From positions 8,569,276 through 8,589,275 of the forward strand of contig NC_057757.1 in the NCBI RefSeq assembly GCF_004010195.1: DNA of 20,000 bases, read 5' to 3'. Below are positions 1-10,404 of the stretch, piece by piece. This stretch comes from Chiloscyllium plagiosum (taxonomy: Eukaryota). Below the pieces are notes generated by a model, which saw only the letters and a list, made by a program, of their open reading frames with translations, had not been told where the DNA came from and ran no database searches. The number at the start of each line of letters is the position of its first letter. The stretch's first letter is position 1. Both the position numbers and the translations under genes were made by a program.

Positions 1-610
1 GTTGAAAACTAAATACTGCATGGAGAAAACAGCGACTGTGGTTCTAGCAACAATTGCTCTGCTATTCTCATTGAAAAATACTTTCTGGTATTTTATGTTC
101 ACAAGTCGATATGAGTTGGCAAGTCTATCTTGGCCTTGTTACGTGACAACAAGTGTTGCACAATCAGAAGTGTGGGGTGCTATCGAATTCGTCCACTATA
201 TATTGACGCCATGCATTCCATTTGTTGCGATCTTGCTGTTCAATGTTTTAACGATCAGGTACATTTTAGTGACTAACAGAGCCCGCAGCAGACTCCGGAG
301 TCATGGCTCCAGGGGGTGTCCCAGTGACCCTGAGGTGGAGAGTCGCAGAAAGTCCATAATTATCCTGTACGCTATATCAGGGAACTTCATATTGTTATGG
401 GCAGTCTCTATGATCCACAATATTTATTGGAGAATGATTTACCTCGGTTATCAGACTGTGTACCTCCCTGTGTACATTAGGGAGGTGGGGTTCATGCTTC
501 AGCTTCTGAGTTGCTGTACCAACACCGCCATCTACGCAGTAACACAACGCAAATTCAGAGAAGAGCTGAAGTATTTGTTTTCATTTTCATTTATTACCAA
601 TAAAAAATAA
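1..610 (+). CDS. GPR139/GPR142-like class A GPCR, 3' part of main coding exon (ICL2 to C-terminus), 5'-truncated by the window edge
   Basis: Open frame 2..610 ending TAA 608-610. Contains LKTKYC (ICL2), TM4, ECL2 Cys (SWPC), TM5 HYILTPCIPF..LLFNVLT, ICL3 DPEVESRRKSI, TM6 NFILLW, TM7 GFMLQLLSCCTNTAIY and helix 8 TQRKFREE. Collinear with the ORF at 18704-19599. The track's initial M is a TTG (Leu), not a real start. Confidence 0.9.
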   Translation, partial: LKTKYCMEKTATVVLATIALLFSLKNTFWYFMFTSRYELASLSWPCYVTTSVAQSEVWGAIEFVHYILTPCIPFVAILLFNVLTIRYILVTNRARSRLRSHGSRGCPSDPEVESRRKSIIILYAISGNFILLWAVSMIHNIYWRMIYLGYQTVYLPVYIREVGFMLQLLSCCTNTAIYAVTQRKFREELKYLFSFSFITNKK

Positions 611-875
611 TTTAAAACAGGAAACAAAATTATCACCTGTGCATCATTATTTGTCTCTGGCTTATTGGTTTCTGCACTGGGATATAATGGAGAAAGTGTA
701 TTGCTTTGTAATAAGGAGTAGCTTTGTGATCATTCAACAGGGCGAGGAAGTGAATGGAGCTTCATGGCAGAAATGGTGTGTTCTCAATACTGAGATACCA
801 GAGTGGGCCCGAGGCAAATGAACAAATGGGGAAAAACTTAGATTTGCTCACAGCCACTATTTTATATTCGAACAG

Positions 876-1424
876 CACTGACATTGACTTTATAAACAGG
901 GAAAAACAAGTTAGACTGGCAACATCTATACATTTTGGAAATATTGAAAATTGTTACCATACTAACATCTAAGATTCTCTGACCATAACCCCTTGAAGCT
1001 GAGGTTGTCTCTCAGGATTTCTTGCTCTCTGTGTGAATCCCAGATAAAAACTCTCTCTCTCTCTCTGACTTATATTTTGATATTTCCATAAGAAATGTGT
1101 GTGTGTGTGTGTGTGCCTGCGCACACTTTTGTGTGTGTGGGTGGGTAGGTGTGTGTGTGAGAGTGTGTGTGAGTGCAGGCGTTTCTGTTTGAGTGATGTT
1201 CTGTGTGAGCGTGAGACCCAACCTGTGTGTATCCAACTTGAGGGTCAATGATTCCATGATGGAACTCCTAATACTGACATACTTACTCACTCACTCTCTC
1301 TCACACACATCCTAACCCACAGGTACTCACACAGATACGCTGATACACACACTTTCATTCACATACATTTTCATGCACAGATACTGATTCTCACTCACTC
1401 ACCACTCACACGCACACTCATTGA
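876..1424. repeat. Local segmental repeat, copy A (partial): TG arm / core / CA arm module
   Basis: CACTGACATTGACTTTATAAACAGG..AGACTGGCAACATC..TAAGATTCTCTGACC..GCTGAGGTT..GTCAATGATTCCATGATGGAACTCCTAAT aligns by eye with 7317-7945. Includes (CT)n ~1051-1066 and (TG)n ~1096-1115. Confidence 0.85.
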
Positions 1425-3810
1425 GTCATAGAGTCAGAGATGTATAGCATGGAAACAGACCCTTCGGCCCAACCCATCCATGCTGAACAGATATACCAAC
1501 ACAATCCAGTCCCACCTGCCAGCACGCTTCCCATATCCCTCCAAACCTTACCTATTCATATACCCATCCAAATGCCTATTAAATGTTGCAATTGTACCAG
1601 CCTCCACCACTTCCTCTGGCAACTCATTCCACACATGTATCACCCTCTGTGTGAAAAAATTGCCCGGTAGGTATCTTTTGTATCACCTTAAACCTATGCC
1701 CTCTAGTTCAGGACTTCCCCCCACCCCCCGGAAATACGTTGCATATTTACCCTATCCATGCCCCTCATAATTTTGTAAACATCTATAAGGTTACCCCTCA
1801 GCCTCTGACGCTCCAGGGAAAACAGCTCTAGCATGTTCAGCCTCTCCCTACAGCTCAAATCCTCCAACCCTGGGGACATCCTTGTAAATCTTTTCTAAAA
1901 CCTTTCAAGTTTCACAATATCTTTCCGATAGAAGGAGACCAGAATTGCATGCAATATACCAACTGTGTCCTAACCAATGTCCTGTACAGCCGCAACATGA
2001 CCTCCCACCTCTTGAACTCAATACTGTAACCAATAAAAGAAAGCATACCAAACACCTTCTTCACTATCCTATCGACCTGCGACTCGACTTTCAAGCAGAT
2101 ATTAATCTGCACTCCAAAGTTTCTTTGTTCAGCAACACTCCCTTAGACCTTGCCATTAAGTGTATAAAATGCAACACCTCACCTTGATCTGAATTAAACT
2201 CCATCTGCCACTTCTCAGCTTATTGGCCCATCTGGTCAAGATCCTGTTGTAATCTGAGGTAACCCTCTTTGCTATCCATCACACCTCCAACTTTGGTGTC
2301 ATCTGCAAACTTACTAACTGTATCTCTTATGCTTGCATCTCAATCATTTATGTAAATGACAAAAAGTAGAGGACCTAGCACCTATCTTTGTGGTACTCCA
2401 CTGGTCATAGGCCTCCAGTCTGAAAAACAATCCTCCTCCACCACCCTCTGTCTTCTACCTTTGGTCCAGTTCTGTATCCAAACGGATAGTTCTCACTGCA
2501 TTCCGTGAGATCTAACCTTGCTAATCAGTCTCCCATGGGGAACCTTGTCGAACGCCTTACTGAGTCCATATAGATCACATCTCCTACTCTGCCCTCATCA
2601 ATCTTCTTTGTTACTCCCTCAAAAAACTCAATTAAGTTTGTGAGACATGATTTCCCCACACAAAGCCATGTTGACTATCCCTAATCAGTCCTTGTCTTTC
2701 CAAATACATGTACATCCTGTCCCTCAGGATTCCCTCCAAGACCTTGCCCACCACCGACTTCAGTCTCACTGGACTATAGTTCTCTGGCTTGTCCTTACCA
2801 CCCTTCTTAAATAGTGGCACCACGTTAGCCAACCTCCAGTCTTCCGGTAACTCACCTGTGACTATCGATGATACAAGTATCTCAGGAAGAGGCCCAACAA
2901 TCACTTCTCTGGGTACACCTGATCAGTTCCTGGGGATTTATCCATCTTTACCCGTTCCAAGACATCCAGCACTTCCTCCTCTGTAATATGGACATTATTC
3001 AAGATATCACCATCTACGTCCCTACAGTGTCTATCTTCCATATCCTTTTCCATAGTAAAGACTGCTGAAAAATAGTTAGTATCTCCCCCATTTACTGCGG
3101 CTCCACACAAAGGCTGCCTTGCTGATCTTTGAGGGGCCCTATTCTCTCCCCGGTTACCCTTTTATCCTTAATGTATTTGTATAAACTCTTTGTATTCTCC
3201 TTAATTCTATTTGCCAACACTATCTCATGTCCACTTTTTGCCCTCCTGATTTCCCTCTTAAGTATACTCCTACTTCCTTTTTACTCTACTAATGATTCAC
3301 TCGATCTATCCTGTTTATACCTGCCATGTGCTTCCTTCTTTTTCTTAACCAAACCCTCAACTTCTTTAGTCATGCAACATTCCCTATACCTACCAAGCTT
3401 TCCTTTCACCCTAACAGGAATATACATTCTCTGGATTGTCATTATCTCATTTCTGAAGGCTTCCCACTTTCCAGCATCCCTTTACCTGCGAACATCTGCC
3501 CCCAATCACCTTTCGAAAGTTCTTGTCTCACACTGTCAAAATTGGCCTTTCTCCAATTTAGAACTTCAACATTTAGATCTGGTCTATCCTTTTCCATCAT
3601 TATTTTAAATCTAATAGAATTATGGTCACTGGCGCCAAAGTGCTCCACCACTGACACCCCAGTCACCTGCCCTGCCTTATTTCCCAAGAGTTGGTCAACA
3701 TTTGCACCTTCTTTAGTAGGTAGATCCACATACTGAATCAGAAAACTGTATTGTACACACTTAAGAAATTCCTCTCCATCTAAACCCTTAACACTATGGC
3801 AGTTCCAGTG
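1423..3810 (-). mobile_element. CR1-clade LINE, 5'-truncated and decayed (endonuclease C-terminal part, RT, 3' UTR)
   Basis: 3' tail (TCTATGAC)-like at ~1423-1440. Minus-strand ORF2 pieces: EHFGASDHNSIRFKI, DKSPGTDQVYP, PEDWRLANVVPLFKKG, SQHGF, KAFDKVPHGRL, GVPQ, SKFADDTK (~2292-2315), LYRTLVRTQLVYCMQFWSP; many frameshifts and stops. Possible 5-bp TSD ATTGA at 1420-1424 and 3811-3815. Confidence 0.93.
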
Positions 3811-4236
3811 ATTGACAGTCAGGAAGGGACTGAAGGAGATTTGGATTTCCAGATGACATCAGATCAGGGCAGAATTATATTGTTCTGTAACTGACCCTTT
3901 AATCCCATATGCATCAATTTTTCTCTCAATTCCAATTGGAGACCTTTTCTCATCCCCTCTCAGTAATTGGACCCTGACAATTCCATATTGCACTGTCTCC
4001 CATCAATCTTCATAGGATCCCTCTGGGAGAGGGTAAGAGTAAGCAAGGCCTTGCTGTTAGTATTTTACTGAGATACCATCAGGAATCCCTCCTCAGACCG
4101 AGTGTAAACAGTCTCTGCAAACGAACATCCCATTCACAAGATGGAGCAATGTCTGAGTGAAAACAGAGACTGCTGTGCTTCCCCGGTACAGTCCCAGAGA
4201 CTTCTCAGGGCGAGATTTTCTGGACCACATTGAACT

Positions 4237-4440
4237 GATAGAAACATAGATACCAGGAGCAGGAAGAGGCCGTTCAGCTCCTCTAACCCTGCTCTCTCAT
4301 TCAGTGTGATCACGGCTGATGATCCATCTCGACACCATATTCCCACTTTCTCTCCATACCCCGTGATGTCTTTAATCTGTAAAAACATCATCAAGCTCTT
4401 CCTGAATCTATGCAGGGACTTAACCTCCGCACTTCCAGAC
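4237..4440 (-). mobile_element. CR1 LINE 3'-end fragment (different subfamily)
   Basis: ATAGAAACATAGA tail followed by AGGAGCAGGAAGAGGCCGTTCAGCTC; minus frame FRKSLMMFLQIKDITGYGEKVG resembles the CR1 ORF2 C-terminus. Confidence 0.75.
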
Positions 4441-4519
4441 ATCCAGACCCAGGGAAGGTTTGTCCCTGAAGGAGGGCAGCTTCAGATTTGCAGGAAGAAC
4501 ACAAAAAGCAGAATGTTTC

Positions 4520-4605
4520 TGTTTAAAATGGGGAGAAATTCTGAAATGTGATTGTCCAGGGTGTTCTGCTGATCTTGTACACAAATATCAGAAAGTTAAC
4601 ATTGT
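4520..4605 (+). mobile_element. Short decayed CR1 ORF2 fragment
   Basis: ..GATCTTGTACACAAATATCAGAAAGTTAACATT resembles the DLGVLVHxSxKV region after the CR1 RT core. Confidence 0.4.
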
Positions 4606-5104
4606 GCTAATACCAGGAAATAGAAGAGCAAGCAATTATTTCAATGCAAGATGCCGAACAGGGAAGGCAGATGAACTCAGGGCATGGTTAGGATCATGGG
4701 ACTGGGATGTCAGAGTGATTACATAGACGTAGCTCAGGGATGGATAGGACTGGCAGCTTCATGTTCCAGTATGCAAATGCTACAGGAAGGATAGAAAGGG
4801 GGCAAGGGAGGAAAGGGAGTGGGTGTTTTTGATCAGAATTAATATCACGGCTGTTCCTGAGAATACATCCAGTGAAGTTATTTGGGTGGAACTGAGAAAT
4901 GAGAAAGGGATGATCATCTTATTGAGAATGTATTATGGAACTCCCCAATAGTCAGCTGCAAGTTGACTGAGGTGTCAGTGGGGGAGCACTTTGGGGCTAG
5001 TGACCGCAATTCTATTAGTTTTAAAATAGTGATGTAGAAGGATAGGCTGGATCTAAAAGTTAAAGTTCTAAATGGGAGGAAGGCCAATTTTGACGGTATT
5101 TAAA

Positions 5105-5418
5105 TTAGATTGGATTTCCTACAGTGTGGAAACAGGCTCTTCAGCCCAACAAGTCCACAATGACCCTTCGAAGAGCAACCCACCCAGACCCATACCCCTA
5201 ACTAATGCACTTCACACTACGGGCAATTTAGCATGGCCTATTCACCTAACCTACACATATTTGGATTGTGGGAGGAGACCAGAGCCCCCAGAGGAAACCC
5301 ACGCAGTCACAAGGATAATTTGCAAACTACACACAGGCAGTCACCTGAGGCAGGAATTTAACCCGGGTCCCTGGCGCTGTGAGGTAACAGTGCTAACCAC
5401 TGAGCCACCGTGCCACCC
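5105..5418 (-). mobile_element. tRNA-derived SINE (shark HE1-like) with CR1-like 3' tail
   Basis: Minus strand starts GGGTGGCACGGTGGCTCAGTGGTTAGCACTG (Pol III A box), then GGGTTAAATTCC (B-box-like), and ends GTTTCCACACTGTAGGAAATCCAATCTAA. Matches 14834-15110 in reverse. Confidence 0.88.
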
Positions 5419-5426
5419 CAAATGAA

Positions 5427-5613
5427 ACCTACCTAGACCCATTCCCCTACCGTATATTTACCCCCGACTATGGACAATTTAGCATGACCAATCCACCCAA
5501 CTGACACGTCTTTGGACTATGGGAGGAAACGCCACACAGACAGTCACCTAAGGCGGAAATTGAACCCGGGCTCCTAGTGCTGTGAGGCAACAGTGCTAAC
5601 CACTGAGCCACCA
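5427..5613 (-). mobile_element. Second tandem SINE copy, internally deleted, lacking the 3' tail
   Basis: TGGTGGCTCAGTGGTTAGCACTGTTGCCTCACAGC..GGGTTCAATTTCCGCC on the minus strand; direct repeat of 5178-5410. Confidence 0.85.
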
Positions 5614-6939
5614 TATGTTCAAAAGTTGAGTGGGGGCAGATATTTGCAGATACAGCGACGGCTGGAAAATGGGAAACCTGCAGAAATGAGATGACGAGAA
5701 TCCAGCGACAGTATGTTGCTGTTCGGGTGAAAGGTAAAGTTGGCAGGGGCATGGAATGCTGGGTGACCGGAGAAATTGAGGTTTTGGTCAAGAACCAGAA
5801 AGAAACATATGTCAGGGATAGACAGCAGAGATCGAGTGAATCCTTAACAGAGTTTAAAGGCAGTAGGAGTATACTTAAGAGGGAAATAAGGAGCTCAAGA
5901 ACAGGTCAAGAGATAGCTTTGGCAAATAGGGTTAAGGAGAATCCCAAGGGATTTTATATACACATTAATGACAAAAGTGTAACCAGGGAGAGAATAGGGC
6001 TCCTCAAAGATCAGCAAGGTAGCCTATAAGTAGAACTGCAGGAGATGGGGGAGATATTAAATGATTATTTTGTGTCAGTGTTTACTGTGGAGAAGGACAT
6101 GGAAGATATAGAATGAGGGGAAATAGGTGGCGATATCTCGAATAACGTCCTTATCACAGAAGAGGAGGTACTGGATGTCCTCAAGGTGGATAAATCTCCA
6201 GGAACTGATCAGGTGCACACTAAAACTCTGTGGGAATCTATGCAAGTGATTCTTAGGCCCTTTGCTGAGACATTTGGAACATCAAATTTCACAGGTGAGG
6301 TGCCAGAAGCCTGGAGGTTGGCTGACATGTTGGCACACTTTTGGAAAGCTGGTAAGGAAAACCAGGGAACTATAGACCAGTGATCCTGACATCGATGGTG
6401 CACAAGTTGTTGCAGGGAATCCTAAGGGACAGGATTTACATATGCTTGGAAAGGCAAAGACTGATTATGAATCGTCAACATGGCTTTGTGCATGGGAAAT
6501 CATGTCTCACAAACTCAATTGAGTTTTTTGATGAAGTAATGAAGAGGTATGATGAGGGTAGAGTGATGGACGTGATCTATGTGGACTTCAGTAAGGCATT
6601 CGACAAGGTTTGTCATGGTAAACTGGTTAGCAAGGTTAGATCACATGGAATTCAGGGAGAACTAGTCATTTGAATATAGTACTGGCTCGAAAGTAAAAGA
6701 CAGAGTGTGGTGGTGGAACGTTGTTTTTTAGATTGGAGGCCTGTGACCAATGGTGTACCACAAGGATTGGTGTTGGATCCACTGTTTTTCACATTTATAT
6801 AAATTATTTGGATGTGAACTTAAGTTTGCAGATGGAACCAAAATTGGAGGTGTAGTGGACAGTGAAGAAGGTTACCTCAGAGAACGATGGGATCTTGCAA
6901 AAGAGAAAGTGAGAGAGAGCGAGAGAAAGATACATCGAA

Positions 6940-8145
6940 ACTGAGTGGAATGTAATTAAGGGGATCAAAGTAGTTTATACATGGAATAACAGATATCCAG
7001 GAGTGAGTTACTGACTGGAATGTAATCAATACATCATTCATTAAAAAAAGAGATAGCCAAGTGTGAGTTCCAGCCTGGCATCTAGTTGAGTTGGTGAATG
7101 TGCATAGTCACAGATCTGTTGAAGTGAGTTACATACTGGAATCCTATCAAGGGGTTCAGGGTGGTTTGTAAATAGCATAACATAAAGCCTTTTCAGGTTT
7201 TGTATATTTGAGTCCCTCAAATATTTGGCGTTTGAAAAGAAAGACAGACATTATCTCTCATTCACTAGAAACAGGTTCTGGAATTTGCATTTTAATCACC
7301 TTCAAAGAGTTGTCTTCACTGACATTGCCTTTATAAATAGGGGAAAAAGAAGAGAGACTGGCAACATCAATACAGTTCGAAAATATTAAACATTGGACCC
7401 ACACTAACATATAAGATTCTCTGACCTTAAACCCCCCGAAACTGGGCAGATCGTGGGGATAATTGCTGAGGTTCTGTCTCAGACTGTCCCTGCTCTCAGT
7501 GTGACTCCCAAATATAAGTCTCTTTCTCCGACTTATACTTTTATACTTCCATTAAATTTGTCTGTACTTCTCTCTGTGATTTTGCGTGTGTGTGTATGTG
7601 TGTATTTTTGCGTGCGCGCTTCTGACTGTGAGTGAGCATATCTGTGTGAGTGAGAGACCGTGCCCGTGTGTGTCCCGTTTTGAGTGTCAATGATTCCTGA
7701 TGGAACTCCTAATGCTCTCTCTCACACACTCTCTCACACTCACTCACACTTACTCACATTCACTCACATTCATTCACAGATACTCACACTAATGAACAGG
7801 TATTCACAGACCTGCCCAAACACTCTCACGTGCACTCACACATACTCATAAACGCACATTTTCGCACACACATACACTGATTGTCACTCACACATTACTC
7901 ACACTTATGCCCACTCACTCTCATTTTCGCTCACTCTGCCATTGAGGATACTTTCAATGGTTTTACAAATCAAATAGCAGATATCCAAGAGTGAGTTACA
8001 GTCAGGAATCTAATTGAGGGCTCCAGGGAGTTTTATATCTGGAAAAACAGAGTCAGAAGAAAGTTACGGACAAGAATCAAATTGAGGGGTTCAAGGTTCT
8101 TTTCAGATAGCGTAACAGTTACCTGGGAGTGAGTTATCGAAATGA
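6940..8145. repeat. Local segmental repeat, copy B (~70-bp satellite units + TG/core/CA module + ~70-bp units)
   Basis: Aligns by eye with 10490-11610 (e.g. CATAGTCACAGATCTGT, TTTTCAGGTTTT, CACAGACCTGCCCAAACACTCT, GAGTGAGTTACAGTCAGGAATCT, AACAGAGTCAGAAGAAAGTTAC) and with 876-1424. Confidence 0.9.
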
Positions 8146-8205
8146 TAGAAATTATAGGGTCATGCAGCACGGAAACAGGCCCTTCGGCCCAACTGGCCCG
8201 TGGTT
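8145..8205 (-). mobile_element. CR1/SINE extreme 3' tail fragment
   Basis: GCAGCACGGAAACAGGCCCTTCGGCCCAAC matches 1445-1475 (GCATGGAAACAGACCCTTCGGCCCAAC). Confidence 0.7.
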
Positions 8206-8224
8206 GCACATTTCCTATCTTCAC

Positions 8225-8715
8225 ACCAATAAATGGAAGAATTGGTGCATCAGAAAATTGGAGAATTGGTGCAGTGCATACTGAAATTTAAGAATGCTGG
8301 CAGCAGGAAAGTCATTACAGAGAACTCCGAAATGGAAGAATTGGGCGAGGGCAACACTGAGTAGAGAACTTGTTCAGGGCATTAGTAAATAGGGGAATTG
8401 GGACATGGTGGAACTACATTACAGAATTGATCCATGGCACCACTAAATGCAGAGAAAAACTTAATGATAAAATTCGGCATCAGGAAATGGTAAAATTGTT
8501 TCAGCGAAGCATTAAATGGAAGAATTGGTCCAGAGCTTCTGGAAATATTGCACGAGAATTGGTGCATGGCGCCAATAAATTAAACAACTGGTTCTAACTG
8601 ATGCAAGGGACCAACAATTTAGATGAATGGAAAAAAAAACGAAGTGGGACTGGAGGGGAAGAGCATTAGTAAATAGGAAAATCACTGCAGGGCATCAGTA
8701 AATGGAAGGTTGTCA
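8225..8715. repeat. Highly degenerate ~30-bp satellite (AAATGGAAGAATTGG family)
   Basis: Recurring (AG)TAAATGGAAGAATTGG / GAGAATTGGTGCA motifs; a decayed relative of the array at 11610-12525. Confidence 0.7.
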
Positions 8716-8971
8716 CAGGGCCCTCCCTCAATACTGATCAGTTGAAAGTGCTGCATGACCTCAGTCCTGAACGTCTCAATGGAAGCACTCCCTCAATTCT
8801 GACACCTGAGGCACTACCTCAGTATTGACCCTTTGCCAATAAGACACTCCTTCAGGACTGACCCTCCAACAATGAGGCACAGACTCATAACTTGCCGACT
8901 GACAGTAATGTACTCCCACATTTCTGACTCTCTGACAATGAGGTACTGCCTCAGAACTGACCCTCTGACAT

Positions 8972-9171
8972 CATAAGACCATAAGGCCATAAGACATAGG
9001 AGATGAAGTAAGGTCATTCGGCCCATCAAGTCCACTCCGCCATTCAATCAATCATGGCTGATGGGCATTTCAACTCCACTTACCCGCATTCTCCCCGTAG
9101 CCCTTAATTCCTTGTGACATCAAGAATTTATCAATTTCTGCCTTGAAGACATTTTGCGTCCCAGCCTCCAC
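8972..9171 (-). mobile_element. CR1 LINE 3'-end fragment inserted in the 33-bp satellite
   Basis: (CATAAGAC)n tail, then ATAGGAGATGAAGTAAGGTCATTCGGCCCATCAAGTC. Flanked by ACATCA at 8968-8973 and 9170-9175 (possible TSD). Confidence 0.85.
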
Positions 9172-9702
9172 ATCAAGGCCCTCCTCAGTTCTTACCCTCT
9201 GAACAACGAGGCCTTCCCCATTTCTGACCCTCTGACAACGAGGCGCTCCCTAGTTCTGACCCTCTGACAAACAGGCTTTCCCCAGTTCTGACCATCTGAT
9301 GGTGCTGCAAGACCTTAGGTAATCCTCTAATTGTGAAGCACTCCCTCAGTTCTGACCCTTTATAATGAGGCAATGCCTCAGTATCAACCCTCTGGCAAAG
9401 GGGCACTGGCTCAGAACGGACCCTCTGACAATGAGGCAATCCCTCAATTCTGATCCAATTACAAGGAGGTTCTGCCTCAGTAGTGACTGTCTGACACTGA
9501 CCCTCAAAAGTGCTACACTCCCTCATTTCTGGACCCATTGCAGTGAGACAGCGCCTCAGTATTGACCCTCTGACAATGAGGCACTCTCTCTCTAAATATG
9601 AGGCAGTCATTTAACTCTGATCCCTTACAATGCGACACTGCCTCAGAACGCACACTGCCTCAGGACTGACCATGCAATAATGAGTCCTTCCTTCAGTACT
9701 GA

Positions 9703-9855
9703 GGAGAAAGTGAGGTCTGCAGATGCTGGAGATCAGAGCTGAAAATGTGTTGCTGGAAAAGCGCAGCAGGTCAGGCAGCATCCAGGGAACAGGAGAATCG
9801 ACGTTTCGGGCATAAGCCTGACCTGCTGCGCTTTTCCAGCAACACATTTTCAGCT
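9703..9855 (-). mobile_element. Penelope-like pseudo-LTR fragment with a perfect 40-bp inverted repeat, flanked by a 16-bp direct repeat
   Basis: 9737-9776 is the exact reverse complement of 9816-9855. CTTCCTTCAGTACTGA occurs at 9687-9702 and 9854-9869. Minus strand GATGCTGCCTGACCTGCTGCGCTTTTCCAGCA matches the Penelope 3' end at ~16758-16790. Confidence 0.88.
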
Positions 9856-9978
9856 TCCTTCAGTACTGACCATCTGACATTGATACCCTCCCACAGAACA
9901 TCCAGGGATTCTTTAATGGAGTTTTCATATTTGGAAATCCTGATGTTCTTACATAACTCTATGCCCCGAGCAGCGTTT

Positions 9979-10012
9979 TATATATATATATATATAGTGT
10001 GTATGTGTGTGT
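9979..10012. repeat. (TA)n / (TG)n microsatellite
   Basis: TATATATATATATATATA followed by GTGTGTATGTGTGT. Confidence 0.9.
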
Positions 10013-10404
10013 CTGTGTCATTGGGGCCCTGTATCATTAGGTGATTAAAACGATTAATCTGGTACTTATTAAGATATGAAACATTATTTTCTGGATCTGT
10101 GTACACAAATCACGGAATCTAATGTGAACGTGTCATCAAATATTCGGAGGATACCTGATGATTTTCCAATTATTCCCGGGGATGGGACACGGGAAGTGAG
10201 GAAGCCTCACTGGGATTGAACAGGGGACATGGACACCATGAACCCACTCAAAAAGACAAACGGATGGATGTGGGGATTTGCAGATGTTCCGGAAGTGGAG
10301 AGACAAACAGACAGATAGACACACACACTGACCATGGGACAGGGTGTGAGAGAAGGAGTTTTGGATGTAGAGATGGCAAGTGAATGAGTAAAATATTGTC
10401 CGGT

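Larger units (their letters stand above)
4630..6897 (+). mobile_element. CR1-clade LINE ORF2, decayed, internally deleted, interrupted by SINEs (5105-5613), 3'-truncated
   Basis: YFNARCRTGKADELRAWLGSWDWDV (APE endonuclease start), EHFGASDRNSISFKI, KENPKGFY, DKSPGTDQ, RQHGFVHGKSCLTN, DVIYVDFSKAFDKV, GVPQG, KFADGTK. Deletion near 4965; homology stops abruptly at ~6897. Confidence 0.92.
8720..9895. repeat. 33-bp minisatellite, consensus ~CACTCCCTCAGTACTGACCCTCTGACAATGAGG, interrupted by two insertions
   Basis: Consecutive 33-bp units, e.g. from 8812 CACTACCTCAGTATTGACCCTTTGCCAATAAGA / CACTCCTTCAGGACTGACCCTCCAACAATGAGG. Register resumes after 9175 and after 9855. Confidence 0.9.

Noticed and set aside
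3129..3736. Hydrophobic + strand ORFs (159 and 136 aa) as membrane proteins
   Set aside because: They are antisense shadows of the purine-rich CR1 ORF2.
5340..5418. tRNA gene (also 5545-5613 and 14834-14900)
   Set aside because: The A/B boxes are SINE heads continuous with the SINE body; no complete cloverleaf is evident.
1423..6897. One CR1 insertion with a 5' inversion (twin priming)
   Set aside because: The two copies overlap in ORF2 coordinates and are separated by unrelated DNA, so they are independent insertions.
8720..9895. CRISPR array or repetitive protein (ORFs 9185-9610, 9365-9565)
   Set aside because: Contiguous 33-bp units with no unique spacers; the frames stay open because the period is a multiple of 3.
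9611..10044. Two opposite-strand ORFs both starting MCCWKSAAGQA
   Set aside because: An artefact of the 40-bp inverted repeat; both starts are GTG codons within the arms.
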